DNA of 32,000 nucleotides from Pseudomonas aeruginosa (GTDB lineage Bacteria; Pseudomonadota; Gammaproteobacteria; Pseudomonadales; Pseudomonadaceae): NCBI RefSeq assembly GCF_001457615.1, contig NZ_LN831024.1, positions 5,640,001 to 5,672,000 of the forward strand, read 5' to 3'. Shown piece by piece: positions 22,359 to 30,552 of this stretch (position 1 is its first letter; each line of letters starts with the position of its first letter). The notes under the pieces were generated by a model. It saw only the letters and a program-made list of their open reading frames with translations, ran no database searches and was not told where the DNA came from. The position numbers and the translations under genes were made by a program.

Positions 22359-24170
22359 TCAGCCGACAGGCGCCGGCGCCTGCTCATCCAGTCCCATCGC
22401 ATGCAGCCGCGCATAATGGCCGTTCTGCGCCAGCAGCTCGGCGTGGCTGCCGCGCTCGACGATCTGCCCCTGGTCCATCACCAGGATCAGGTCGGCCTTC
22501 TCGATGGTCGACAGGCGGTGGGCGATCACCAGGGTGGTGCGCCCCTTCATCACTTCGTCCAGCGCCGCCTGGATATGCCGCTCCGACTCGGTGTCCAGCG
22601 CCGAGGTCGCCTCGTCGAGGATCAGCAGGGGCGCGTCCTTGAGCAGCGCCCGGGCGATCGCCAGACGCTGGCGCTGGCCGCCGGAAAGCAGCACGCCATT
22701 CTCGCCGACCTCGGTGTCGAAGCCTTGCGGCAGGTTGTCGATGAACTCCTTGGCGTTGGCAGCCTTCGCCGCCCGCTCGATTTCCTCGCGCGGCGCGCCA
22801 GCCAGGTCGCCGTAGGCGATGTTGTTGGCCACGCTGTCGTTGAACAGCGTGACCTGCTGGGTCACCAGGGCGATGTGGCGGCGCAGGTTGCGCAGGCGAT
22901 AATCCTCGACTTCAACGCCATCAAGGAGGATCTTGCCGTTATTGTGCTGGTAAAAGCGCGGAACCAGGTTGGCCAGGGTCGATTTGCCGCTACCGGAACG
23001 GCCGACCAGGGCGATCATCTGCCCGGGCTCGGCGATGAAACTGATGTCATCCAGCACCTGCTTGTCGGTTCCGGGATAACGGAAGCTCAGGTTGCGCACT
23101 TCTAGGCGCCCGCTGACCCGCTCCTTCTCGACGGTACCCTGGTCTTCCTCCGCCGCTTCGTCGAGCTGCTCGAAGATGCTCTCGGCGCCGGCGACGCCGC
23201 GCTGGACCGTGGAACTGACCTCGGAAAGCTGGCGGATCGGCTTGGGCAACAGGCCCGCCGCGGTGATATAGGCCACCAGATCGCCGGCCGAGGCGTCCCC
23301 GCGCAGCCACAGCACGAGGAACATCAGTATCGCCATGGCGACGTAGATCACCAATTGCAGCATCGGCGTGTAGACCGCGCCGGTCTTGGTCATCCGCAAC
23401 TGCTTGTCGGTATTGCTCTGGCTGGCGTCGAGGAAGCGCTTCTCTTCATAGGCTTCGCCGCCGAAGCTGCGCACCACCCGGTAGCCCTGGATGGTTTCCG
23501 AGGCGACGTGGGTGACGTCGCCCATGGCCACCTGGATCTTCTTGCTCTGCTTGCGGAACTTGCGGCTGGCGGTAGTCACCATCACCGCGATGACCGGCAG
23601 GATCGCCAGCATCACCAGGGTCAGCTTCCAGTTCATCCACAGCAGGTAGAGGAACAGGAAGACCACGGTCAGGCCCTCACGGATCACCACCTTGATGGCA
23701 TCCGTGGCCGCTCCGGTGACCATGGTCACGTTGAAGGTGATGCGCGAGATCAGGTGGCCGGAGCTGTGCGTGTCGAAATAGCGGTTCGGCAGCACCAGCA
23801 GCTTGTTGAACAGGGCGACCCGCAGGTCATGCACCAGCCCCAGGGAAACCTTGGCGAGGAAGAAGTTGCCGAGGAACGAGCCCAGCCCCTGCCAGGCAGC
23901 GATCAGGATGATCAGCAACGGCACCGCGTAGACCAGGTGCAAGTCGCGCAACCAGGGCCACTGCACATTCGGAAACAATGCCGCGTCAGGATTGGAGAGG
24001 CCGTCGACGAAATACTTGAGGATGCCCGCCAGCATCGGCTGGGTCGAGGCGAAGATCAGGAAACCGACGATGCTGAGTAGGAACATTCCGATGTAGGGCT
24101 TCACGTAGCCCAACAGGCGGAAATAGATCTTGAGACTGGAAGGTCCGGGATTCTGAGGACTATCGCTCAT
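22359..24170 (-). CDS. msbA: Lipid A export ABC transporter (permease + ATPase)
   Basis: 603 aa with six N-terminal TM helices, Walker A GRSGSGKST, signature LSGGQRQRLAIARA and Walker B LILDEATSALD. Confidence 0.93.
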   Translation of the reverse strand: MSDSPQNPGPSSLKIYFRLLGYVKPYIGMFLLSIVGFLIFASTQPMLAGILKYFVDGLSNPDAALFPNVQWPWLRDLHLVYAVPLLIILIAAWQGLGSFLGNFFLAKVSLGLVHDLRVALFNKLLVLPNRYFDTHSSGHLISRITFNVTMVTGAATDAIKVVIREGLTVVFLFLYLLWMNWKLTLVMLAILPVIAVMVTTASRKFRKQSKKIQVAMGDVTHVASETIQGYRVVRSFGGEAYEEKRFLDASQSNTDKQLRMTKTGAVYTPMLQLVIYVAMAILMFLVLWLRGDASAGDLVAYITAAGLLPKPIRQLSEVSSTVQRGVAGAESIFEQLDEAAEEDQGTVEKERVSGRLEVRNLSFRYPGTDKQVLDDISFIAEPGQMIALVGRSGSGKSTLANLVPRFYQHNNGKILLDGVEVEDYRLRNLRRHIALVTQQVTLFNDSVANNIAYGDLAGAPREEIERAAKAANAKEFIDNLPQGFDTEVGENGVLLSGGQRQRLAIARALLKDAPLLILDEATSALDTESERHIQAALDEVMKGRTTLVIAHRLSTIEKADLILVMDQGQIVERGSHAELLAQNGHYARLHAMGLDEQAPAPVG

Positions 24171-24277
24171 GGTTTCTTACATGCTGAAAAGGTCCCGGAG
24201 TGTAGCACAGGACCTCCATCACTCCGCCTGGAAGGCGTGTTGGGGTAAGATGGCGGGCCGTTCGTTCAGGAGCTCGC

Positions 24278-24928
24278 ATGCGAGTCATAGACTACCCCTC
24301 CTACTTGCAGTTGCGTGACAACGCAGAAGTGCTGGAAGCCGATGGTCATGGGGACAAGGTTCTGCGTCTGCGCGACGGGTCCTTCCTCAAACTGTTTCGC
24401 CGCAAGCGCCTGATTTCCTCCGCAGCCCTGTTCCCCTATGCGGAGCGCTTCGCCCGCAACGCCAGCGAACTGGCGCGGCGCGGCATCGTCTGCCCGAAGG
24501 TGCTGGACGTATTGCGGATCCCACATATCCAGCGCGACGCGGTGCACTACGAGCCGCTACCGGGGCAGACCCTCCGCCAACTCGACCGCAACGACCCGGA
24601 GTGCGGCGACGCAGTCCGGACGCAACTGGGCGAGCTGATCGCCGCGCTGCACGCCAAGGGGGTGTACTTCCGCTCGCTGCACCTGGGCAACGTGGTGCGC
24701 ACGCCGGAAGGCCGGATGGGCCTGATCGACATCGCCGACCTGCGGGTCCAGCGCTCGGCGCTCAGCGCCGCCCAGCGCATTCGCAATTTCAAGCACCTGC
24801 TGCGCTACGAACAGGATCGAACCTGGTTCCTCGACGACAGCGAGCACCTGGTGCTCAAGTCCTATCTCCGCAGCAGCCAGGTCCACTGGACACTCGAGCA
24901 GCTCCTCAAGCAACTGCAACTGGATTGA
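24278..24928 (+). CDS. Lipopolysaccharide kinase (Kdo/WaaP/InaA)-like protein with non-canonical catalytic loop
   Basis: 216 aa. The region LHAKGVYFRSLHLGNVV...GLIDIADL resembles the LH-x-GV-x-H-x-DL-x3-N and IDFD blocks of the LPS kinase family, but reads FRS where HxD is expected. The position matches PA4998. Confidence 0.65.
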   Translation: MRVIDYPSYLQLRDNAEVLEADGHGDKVLRLRDGSFLKLFRRKRLISSAALFPYAERFARNASELARRGIVCPKVLDVLRIPHIQRDAVHYEPLPGQTLRQLDRNDPECGDAVRTQLGELIAALHAKGVYFRSLHLGNVVRTPEGRMGLIDIADLRVQRSALSAAQRIRNFKHLLRYEQDRTWFLDDSEHLVLKSYLRSSQVHWTLEQLLKQLQLD

Positions 24929-24935
24929 GCAAGGA

Positions 24936-26141
24936 ATGTTCGCAGCTACCCGACTGACCCGTCTTCGCCACGATACCAGCCGCATCCTCAGCCACTGGAT
25001 CCTGCCGCTGGGCTGGCTGGCCCTGCTCACCGGAATGTTCTGGGTCGGCGACCGCTCCGACTACCATCGCCTCTTCTACATCCTGCTTGCAGCCCCGACG
25101 CTGCTGTACGTGATACTGCAACCGCGTCTGCTTCGCCCGCTAACGGGCTCGCCGCTGTTCATCGCCTTCCTCGCCTTCAGCAGCTACATGATGCTGAGCC
25201 TGTCCTGGTCGGCCCCCGAGAACTCCACCGGCTCGCTGCTCAAGCGCCCCCTGTACATCGCCCTCCTGTTCTTCTGCGCCGCCATCCTGGCGCTCGAAGC
25301 TCCCCTCCGCCTCAAGACCGCGACCTGGCTGGCTGCCCTTGGCGCGGTGATCTCCGCGGCAGCCACCTTGCTGCAATACTACTGGGACGCCAACCCGCTG
25401 CGCCTTACCGGTTATGGCGCTCTCTATAACCCATTACTGAGCGCCCATGTCTATGGCGCCTTCACGGCACTCTGGCTGGCCTATTGGATGCAATCCCGCC
25501 CCATCCTGGCCCCCTTGCCACTGATATCTCTGGCGCTGCTCGGTGGCCTTCTCATCGCGACCGGTTCACGTACTCCCCTGGTAGGGCTCACAGCGGCCCT
25601 TATGTGGCTGGTCCTGGCCGGAGACAGGAAAAAAGCCCTCATCGCCCTGGCACTCGCCCTGGCTGGAGCGCTACTGGGCTACATCCTGTACCCGGAAGTG
25701 ATCACCCAGAGAGGGGCATCGTTCCGCCCGGAAATCTGGGCCGACGCCCTACGCCAGATCAGCGAGCATCCATGGCTCGGACACGGCTACGATCATCCGA
25801 TGCGAATCGTCCTGAGCAACGGCATGCTGCTCGCCGACCCGCACAACATCGAACTGGGTGTGCTTTTCGCTGGAGGGATCATCGGGCTCCTGCTGTGGGT
25901 GGCGATCTACGCACTGGCCTTCGGCTTCTCCTGGAAAAACCGGAAGTCTCCAGCCGTTCTGCTAGCCTCGACCTGGCTGGTGTTCGGCCTGGCAGCCGGA
26001 CTCACGGAGGGCAACGCCTTCCTGCCCCGTCCCAAGGAACACTGGTTCCTGATCTGGATTCCCATGGCGCTGCTGTATGCGCTGTGGATCCAGCAAAGGT
26101 TCGCCGCCAGCAGGCGCGGTGAGGATATCGCCGCGCCTTGA
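24936..26141 (+). CDS. waaL: O-antigen ligase
   Basis: 401 aa polytopic membrane protein. Wzy_C-type periplasmic loop: HPWLGHGYDHPMRIVLSNGMLLADPHNIELGVLFAGG. AAGGA lies upstream of the ATG. The position between msbA and wapR matches PAO1. Confidence 0.88.
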   Translation: MFAATRLTRLRHDTSRILSHWILPLGWLALLTGMFWVGDRSDYHRLFYILLAAPTLLYVILQPRLLRPLTGSPLFIAFLAFSSYMMLSLSWSAPENSTGSLLKRPLYIALLFFCAAILALEAPLRLKTATWLAALGAVISAAATLLQYYWDANPLRLTGYGALYNPLLSAHVYGAFTALWLAYWMQSRPILAPLPLISLALLGGLLIATGSRTPLVGLTAALMWLVLAGDRKKALIALALALAGALLGYILYPEVITQRGASFRPEIWADALRQISEHPWLGHGYDHPMRIVLSNGMLLADPHNIELGVLFAGGIIGLLLWVAIYALAFGFSWKNRKSPAVLLASTWLVFGLAAGLTEGNAFLPRPKEHWFLIWIPMALLYALWIQQRFAASRRGEDIAAP

Positions 26142-26154
26142 GTGCGGCGATATC
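26124..26154. terminator. Perfect 11-bp-stem hairpin spanning the waaL stop codon, between convergent waaL and wapR
   Basis: gatatcgccgc (26124-26134) pairs with gcggcgatatc (26144-26154). The 9-nt loop gccttgagt contains the waaL TGA. No U-tract on either side. Confidence 0.5.
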
Positions 26155-26159
26155 AGCGA

Positions 26160-27044
26160 TCAGGAGAAAAACAGCCGCGCAATGCCGCGGAAGGTCTTCT
26201 CGTTCCAGTACTTCAGCGGCAAGCCGGAGAGCAGCTCCCGGGCCAGTACCTTGTCCCGGTTCGAGCACTTGAGGAACATCGAATTGCGGAAGCGCATGAT
26301 CACCTGCTCGTAATCGGGGTGATCGCTGAACTGGCTGTACGTCTTGAATACGTTGTCCACCATGAAACGGGCGTTCTTGTACGTATTGGTGGGATGCTTG
26401 CGGTACTGGGCGAGGACCTCGCCAAGAATGTCGATGACGTAGCCAGCCTTGGTCACCGCCAGTTCGATATAGACATCTTCCAGGCGTATGTCCGGATCGA
26501 AACCGCCGACCTTCTCCAGGGCTTCCCGCCGGAACATCAAGGTGGGCGCCATCGGGCCCGGCTTGCGGTCCAGGAACAGGTCATCGAAGTCGAGGCGGCG
26601 GAAAGGCAGGTCGCGTTTGCGCTGCTCCTTACCCGGCATGACCCGGCCATTGGAGTCGATGATCTCGATATTGCCCGCGCAGATACCTACCTCGGGCTTG
26701 TCCCACATGTGTGCCACCTGTTTCTCCAGGCGTTGCGGCAACATGATGTCGTCCGAACCGAAAGGCACGATGAGATTTCCCCGAGCCCTGGCGATCGCCT
26801 CGTTGAGCGTTTTCGACAGCCCCTGGTTCTGCTGGACCCTGAGGTCGAAGCCGTACTTCGCCTGGAGCCCGCGCAAAAGCTCGACGCTGCCATCGCTGGA
26901 ACCATCGTCCACCACCAGCAGTTCCACGTTGCGGTACGTCTGCGCAGCCACGCTGGCGATGCTCGCTTCTATGTACTTTTCATGGTTATAGGAAGCGATG
27001 ATCACGGAAACCAATGGCTGCGAACCATCATCGACGAGCGTCAT
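26160..27044 (-). CDS. wapR: GT2-family glycosyltransferase (outer-core rhamnosyltransferase position)
   Basis: 294 aa with GT-A motifs VSVIIASYNHEKYIEASIASVAAQTY, LLVVDDGSSDGS and FGSDDIM. GC is lower than the window average: my hand count of one 60-nt line gives about 55%. The symbol comes from synteny with PA5000. Confidence 0.8.
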   Translation of the reverse strand: MTLVDDGSQPLVSVIIASYNHEKYIEASIASVAAQTYRNVELLVVDDGSSDGSVELLRGLQAKYGFDLRVQQNQGLSKTLNEAIARARGNLIVPFGSDDIMLPQRLEKQVAHMWDKPEVGICAGNIEIIDSNGRVMPGKEQRKRDLPFRRLDFDDLFLDRKPGPMAPTLMFRREALEKVGGFDPDIRLEDVYIELAVTKAGYVIDILGEVLAQYRKHPTNTYKNARFMVDNVFKTYSQFSDHPDYEQVIMRFRNSMFLKCSNRDKVLARELLSGLPLKYWNEKTFRGIARLFFS

Positions 27045-27204
27045 AACTACAACCTTACCTGTCTTTCACGTCCCCATTCAAAGCGCCAGACATGCATGAG
27101 CGATCCTGCGATCTTCATCGGTCCTACACCTCCCCCCAGCCCGGAAAAACAAGCTGAACAATAGCAAACACGCCTGAAGCCCCAGCTCTTTTCGGCTGCT
27201 ACTC

Positions 27205-28161
27205 TCAGGTAAAAATACGTCGCCAGGTCTTCTCCAGCCATCCGGGACGCTCCGGCTCGCGCAACGCGGGCCGCATGGCCTCGACGATACTCTGACCGAC
27301 AGCGGCGAAGCTGAATCGTTCGATGGCCAGCGCCTGGCCGCTTCGCGCGATCCGCTCGGCGAGGGCCGTGTCGAGGCGCAGGATCGCGAGCTTTTCCTGG
27401 ATGTCCGCCACCGAGCGATACAGCACGATATTCTCCATGTCCCGGAAACCCAAGGCCTCGTTTTCCCGCTCGCCCTGGTCGTAGGCCAGCAGTACGCAAC
27501 CGCAGGCCATCGCCTCGAAATTCTTGATCATGTATTCGCCCATGCCGACATCCGCGCTGACGAAGAAACGGATGCGGTTGAGCGTGCGCAGGTACTCCTC
27601 GCCGGACTTGGTCTTGGTCACCAGCAGGTTCTCCACTCCGCCCAACTCGTCGAGCAGCGCCTTGCGTCCACTGTAGGCCACGCTGCCGGTACTGCCGACG
27701 AAGCCCAGCTCGATATCGCGCGCCAGGCCCAGGTCATGCAACAGGGTCTGGTCGTAGCCCTTGGGCACGAATACCGCGTCGAATCCCTCCTGGCGCAGGC
27801 GTTCGCTGACCGTATGGCCCGAACTGATCACCCGTGCCCAGGGCAGGCGCCGGTAATGGGCGCTGAACTTGCCGGTGTACTTGCAGGGAATGTAGTTCTG
27901 GTAGGCATCGTGCTCGAGGATCACCAGGTTGGGCACGCTGCGGATGAAGCGGACCTGGCGCATTTCCTTCTTGAAACGGAGGAAGAACAGGATGCGGTCG
28001 TAGCGCGAGACATCCACGTGCTTGCGGAAGTAGCCGCGCAGGTCGGCCTGCTCCTCGCTGCTCAGCCAGCGGGTATCGCACTCGCAATGGGCGGCGATGC
28101 CGTCGTACAGGCGATCCAGGATCGCGCGCTGCTCTTTCTGGACCAGAAACAGAACTTTCAT
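27205..28161 (-). CDS. ssg: Glycosyltransferase-like protein (GT-B C-terminal-type domain)
   Basis: Preferred start is ATG 28161 (MKVLFLVQKEQ...), with GAGGA/AAGG upstream. The track start at 28230 would abut the dnpA stop and remains an alternative. The C-terminal half, FFVSADVGMGEYMIKNFEAMACGCVLLA, resembles the Glyco_trans_1-type nucleotide-sugar domain. The symbol comes from recalled PA5001 synteny. Confidence 0.65.
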   Translation of the reverse strand: MKVLFLVQKEQRAILDRLYDGIAAHCECDTRWLSSEEQADLRGYFRKHVDVSRYDRILFFLRFKKEMRQVRFIRSVPNLVILEHDAYQNYIPCKYTGKFSAHYRRLPWARVISSGHTVSERLRQEGFDAVFVPKGYDQTLLHDLGLARDIELGFVGSTGSVAYSGRKALLDELGGVENLLVTKTKSGEEYLRTLNRIRFFVSADVGMGEYMIKNFEAMACGCVLLAYDQGERENEALGFRDMENIVLYRSVADIQEKLAILRLDTALAERIARSGQALAIERFSFAAVGQSIVEAMRPALREPERPGWLEKTWRRIFT

Positions 28162-28233
28162 CAGACCTTCATCCTCGCGGCTGCTCCGAAGCAGCATGGC
28201 GGCTCGAACCTTGCCGAACGCTCGACCCAAGCA

Positions 28234-29652
28234 TCACGCCTCCCCATCCAGCGACTCCACCCAGAACAACTCGTGCCGACGCACCGCCTTGCGCATGAAC
28301 TCGTCCTCGCCGTAAGCCGGCCAGCGACGCCCGGCGAGCCAGCCCTGCAGACGGCGGCGCAGACGGCGCTTGAACGGCGGCCTGGGTTGCAGGTCGTGCA
28401 TCATGCCCAAGGCCATGGCCTTGTCCACCTGGCGCGTGCGCTCCAGCGCCAGCGTCCATGGCAGCAACGGCGAGCATTCTTCGGTCAGCGGTGGCAGGCT
28501 GACCCCCATGTGCGCATCGCCCATCGGCCAGCGATCGTTGTCGTGCAGGTGATTGGCATAGTGCAACAATGCCTGCGGCTGCCAGTCCAGGCCCTGGAGC
28601 GCCTCGCGCACAGCCTCCTGGGCGCGGACATGGTCCGGGTGCGGATCGAAATGCGGATGAGGCAGGACGATGACCTCGGGACGTGCCAGCAGGATCAGCT
28701 CGCGGAGATCGGCCAGCAGATTGTTCCAGGTCGACAGGCCGTCGGCATCGCTGGCCAGGCGCAGGCGGTTGAACTGGCGGAACGGACGGATATCGGTGAG
28801 ATCGGCCTCACGGGACGGCACCACCTCGCCCGGGTTCGCCTGCATGGCAGGCAATTGCAGGCAGAAATAACCCAGTTGCACGCAGCGCTCGGCCGGCACC
28901 CCACCCCACGTCGGCACGGCCTGGCTATCCCAGGCGCGCAGGCGGCCCTTCAGGCGCGCCGCAGCTATTCCGTCGAGGCCCATGCGGCGGTAATGCTCGG
29001 TTTCGATCTCGCCGGCGGTCAGGGTCACGATCCAGGCCTCGCGAGCCTGGCTGTAGAGGCCGAAGGCGGCCAGCTCGGCGTCGTCGGCATGCGGAGCGAT
29101 GACCATCACCCGCCGATCACGGTAGTCGGGATGGCGCGCACGCCACAGGGTCGGTTCGCCGACCAGCCGGCAATGCCGGCCGCGCAGGCGAATCCGGCCC
29201 TCGCCCAGCGGCCCGGCCAGTCCCGTCAGGTTCAGGTAGCGCAAGCCGTTCACCCCACGTTCGAAAGCCTGGGCATCGGCCTCCGCGCCACCTTCCAGCA
29301 GCACCGAGGGTTCGAGGAAGCGCCCCAGCCAGCCAGCGCGCACGCCGATGCCAAGCACCAGCGTATCGCCTTCGCGCAGCTCACCGTCGACTCGCAGACG
29401 GCCATCCGCCAGGCGTACCGGCAGCGACTCGACCCCTTCCGCGAAACGGTAGCGGTAGTCCTCGCCCGGCGAATAGAACAGGTGATCGGCGAACCAGGCT
29501 TCGTGGGCGACCCACAGGGCCACGAGGAGGATCGGCAACAACCAGGGGCTGACCAGCAGACCGACGGCCAGCAATGCCAGCAGCGCAACCAGTAGGCCGA
29601 TCCGCTTGTTGCGTCGATGACGCTTGAGCAACTGCTGCTTGCGTGCGCTCAT
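28234..29652 (-). CDS. dnpA: Membrane-anchored PIG-L/LmbE-family de-N-acetylase
   Basis: 472 aa with two N-terminal TM helices. PIG-L zinc-site motifs VIAPHADDAELAAFG and PHPHFDPHPDHVRA. The position matches PA5002. Confidence 0.8.
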   Translation of the reverse strand: MSARKQQLLKRHRRNKRIGLLVALLALLAVGLLVSPWLLPILLVALWVAHEAWFADHLFYSPGEDYRYRFAEGVESLPVRLADGRLRVDGELREGDTLVLGIGVRAGWLGRFLEPSVLLEGGAEADAQAFERGVNGLRYLNLTGLAGPLGEGRIRLRGRHCRLVGEPTLWRARHPDYRDRRVMVIAPHADDAELAAFGLYSQAREAWIVTLTAGEIETEHYRRMGLDGIAAARLKGRLRAWDSQAVPTWGGVPAERCVQLGYFCLQLPAMQANPGEVVPSREADLTDIRPFRQFNRLRLASDADGLSTWNNLLADLRELILLARPEVIVLPHPHFDPHPDHVRAQEAVREALQGLDWQPQALLHYANHLHDNDRWPMGDAHMGVSLPPLTEECSPLLPWTLALERTRQVDKAMALGMMHDLQPRPPFKRRLRRRLQGWLAGRRWPAYGEDEFMRKAVRRHELFWVESLDGEA

Positions 29653-29655
29653 GCT

Positions 29656-30552
29656 TCAGACCTGGAAGACCGGAGAAGGATGGCACCAGCGATCCTTGTA
29701 TTCGCGGTCGGCGCGACCGAACGAATAGCGCAGGGGTTTGCCCAGCGCTCGCGCATCCTCCCAGGCGGCCTGGGTGTTCAGGTAACTGAGCACGCTGCCA
29801 GGGCTGAACTCGCGGGTCTGCGGATCGACGCCGCCGTTGATGTACTCGACGCTGAGCCAGCCCGGCGCTTCGGCGCGATACAGTACCTGGACCGCGATGG
29901 GCTGGTCGTTGAGCAGCAGGACCGAGCCGCGCAGCAATTCGCGCAGCCGCTCGAAGACCTCGGCCATGCGCTCCGCGCCGGTGGCCGGGAAACCCCAGCG
30001 ACGCTGGAACAGTTCAAGATAGATGGCGGCGAACTCGGCCGGGGGGAAGCTGTCTGCCTGGCGCACCTGGCCACCAGCTTCCTCCACCAGGCGCACTTCG
30101 CGCCGCTGGTTATAGCGGAACTTCTTGGAGAAATCCTCGGGGGCGCGAGCGAAAGCCAGTTGCTCGGTCTGAGGGCGCAGCGTGACGATGTTCCGCTCAT
30201 GCAGCGCCGACAGGTAGCGTCCCGCATGGCGGAGGGCGATGCGGGCATCGTCGGCCACCGGCAGGATCAGTTCGGCGTTGCCCAGGTCGTACAGGCCCTT
30301 CTTGCCGCGCCGCTTGAGCACGTCCTTGGACAACGCCAGGTGGCGGCCCCAGGTCGGGATCGCCGCAACCAGTTCGCCAGCGCTCTCCCAACCCAGGTAA
30401 CGCACCGGGATTCCAGCCATTTCGGCGAGTTGCTCGACCACCAGCGGGTGGGTCGCGACGCTGCCGCCGAAACGCTGCCAGGCCTGGGCGTAGGTCGGCG
30501 CGTCCACTTCGCGCCAACCGCGTTCGCGGAAGGCGCGCAACCTGTTCAGCAT
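29656..30552 (-). CDS. Mig-14-family protein (GNAT/FemAB-like acyltransferase fold suspected)
   Basis: 298 aa. The C-terminal block LLLNDQPIAVQVLYRAEAPGWLSVEYINGGVDPQTREFSPGSVLSYLNTQAAWEDARALGKPLRYSFGRADREYKDRW matches the Acetyltransf_6/Mig-14 pattern ending in YK-x-RW. The position matches PA5003. Its stop lies 3 nt before the dnpA ATG. Confidence 0.72.
   Translation of the reverse strand: MLNRLRAFRERGWREVDAPTYAQAWQRFGGSVATHPLVVEQLAEMAGIPVRYLGWESAGELVAAIPTWGRHLALSKDVLKRRGKKGLYDLGNAELILPVADDARIALRHAGRYLSALHERNIVTLRPQTEQLAFARAPEDFSKKFRYNQRREVRLVEEAGGQVRQADSFPPAEFAAIYLELFQRRWGFPATGAERMAEVFERLRELLRGSVLLLNDQPIAVQVLYRAEAPGWLSVEYINGGVDPQTREFSPGSVLSYLNTQAAWEDARALGKPLRYSFGRADREYKDRWCHPSPVFQV

Noticed and set aside
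27736-29595. 619-aa plus-strand ORF
   Set aside because: It is antisense to ssg and dnpA, both of which have clear motifs, and its composition is low-complexity.
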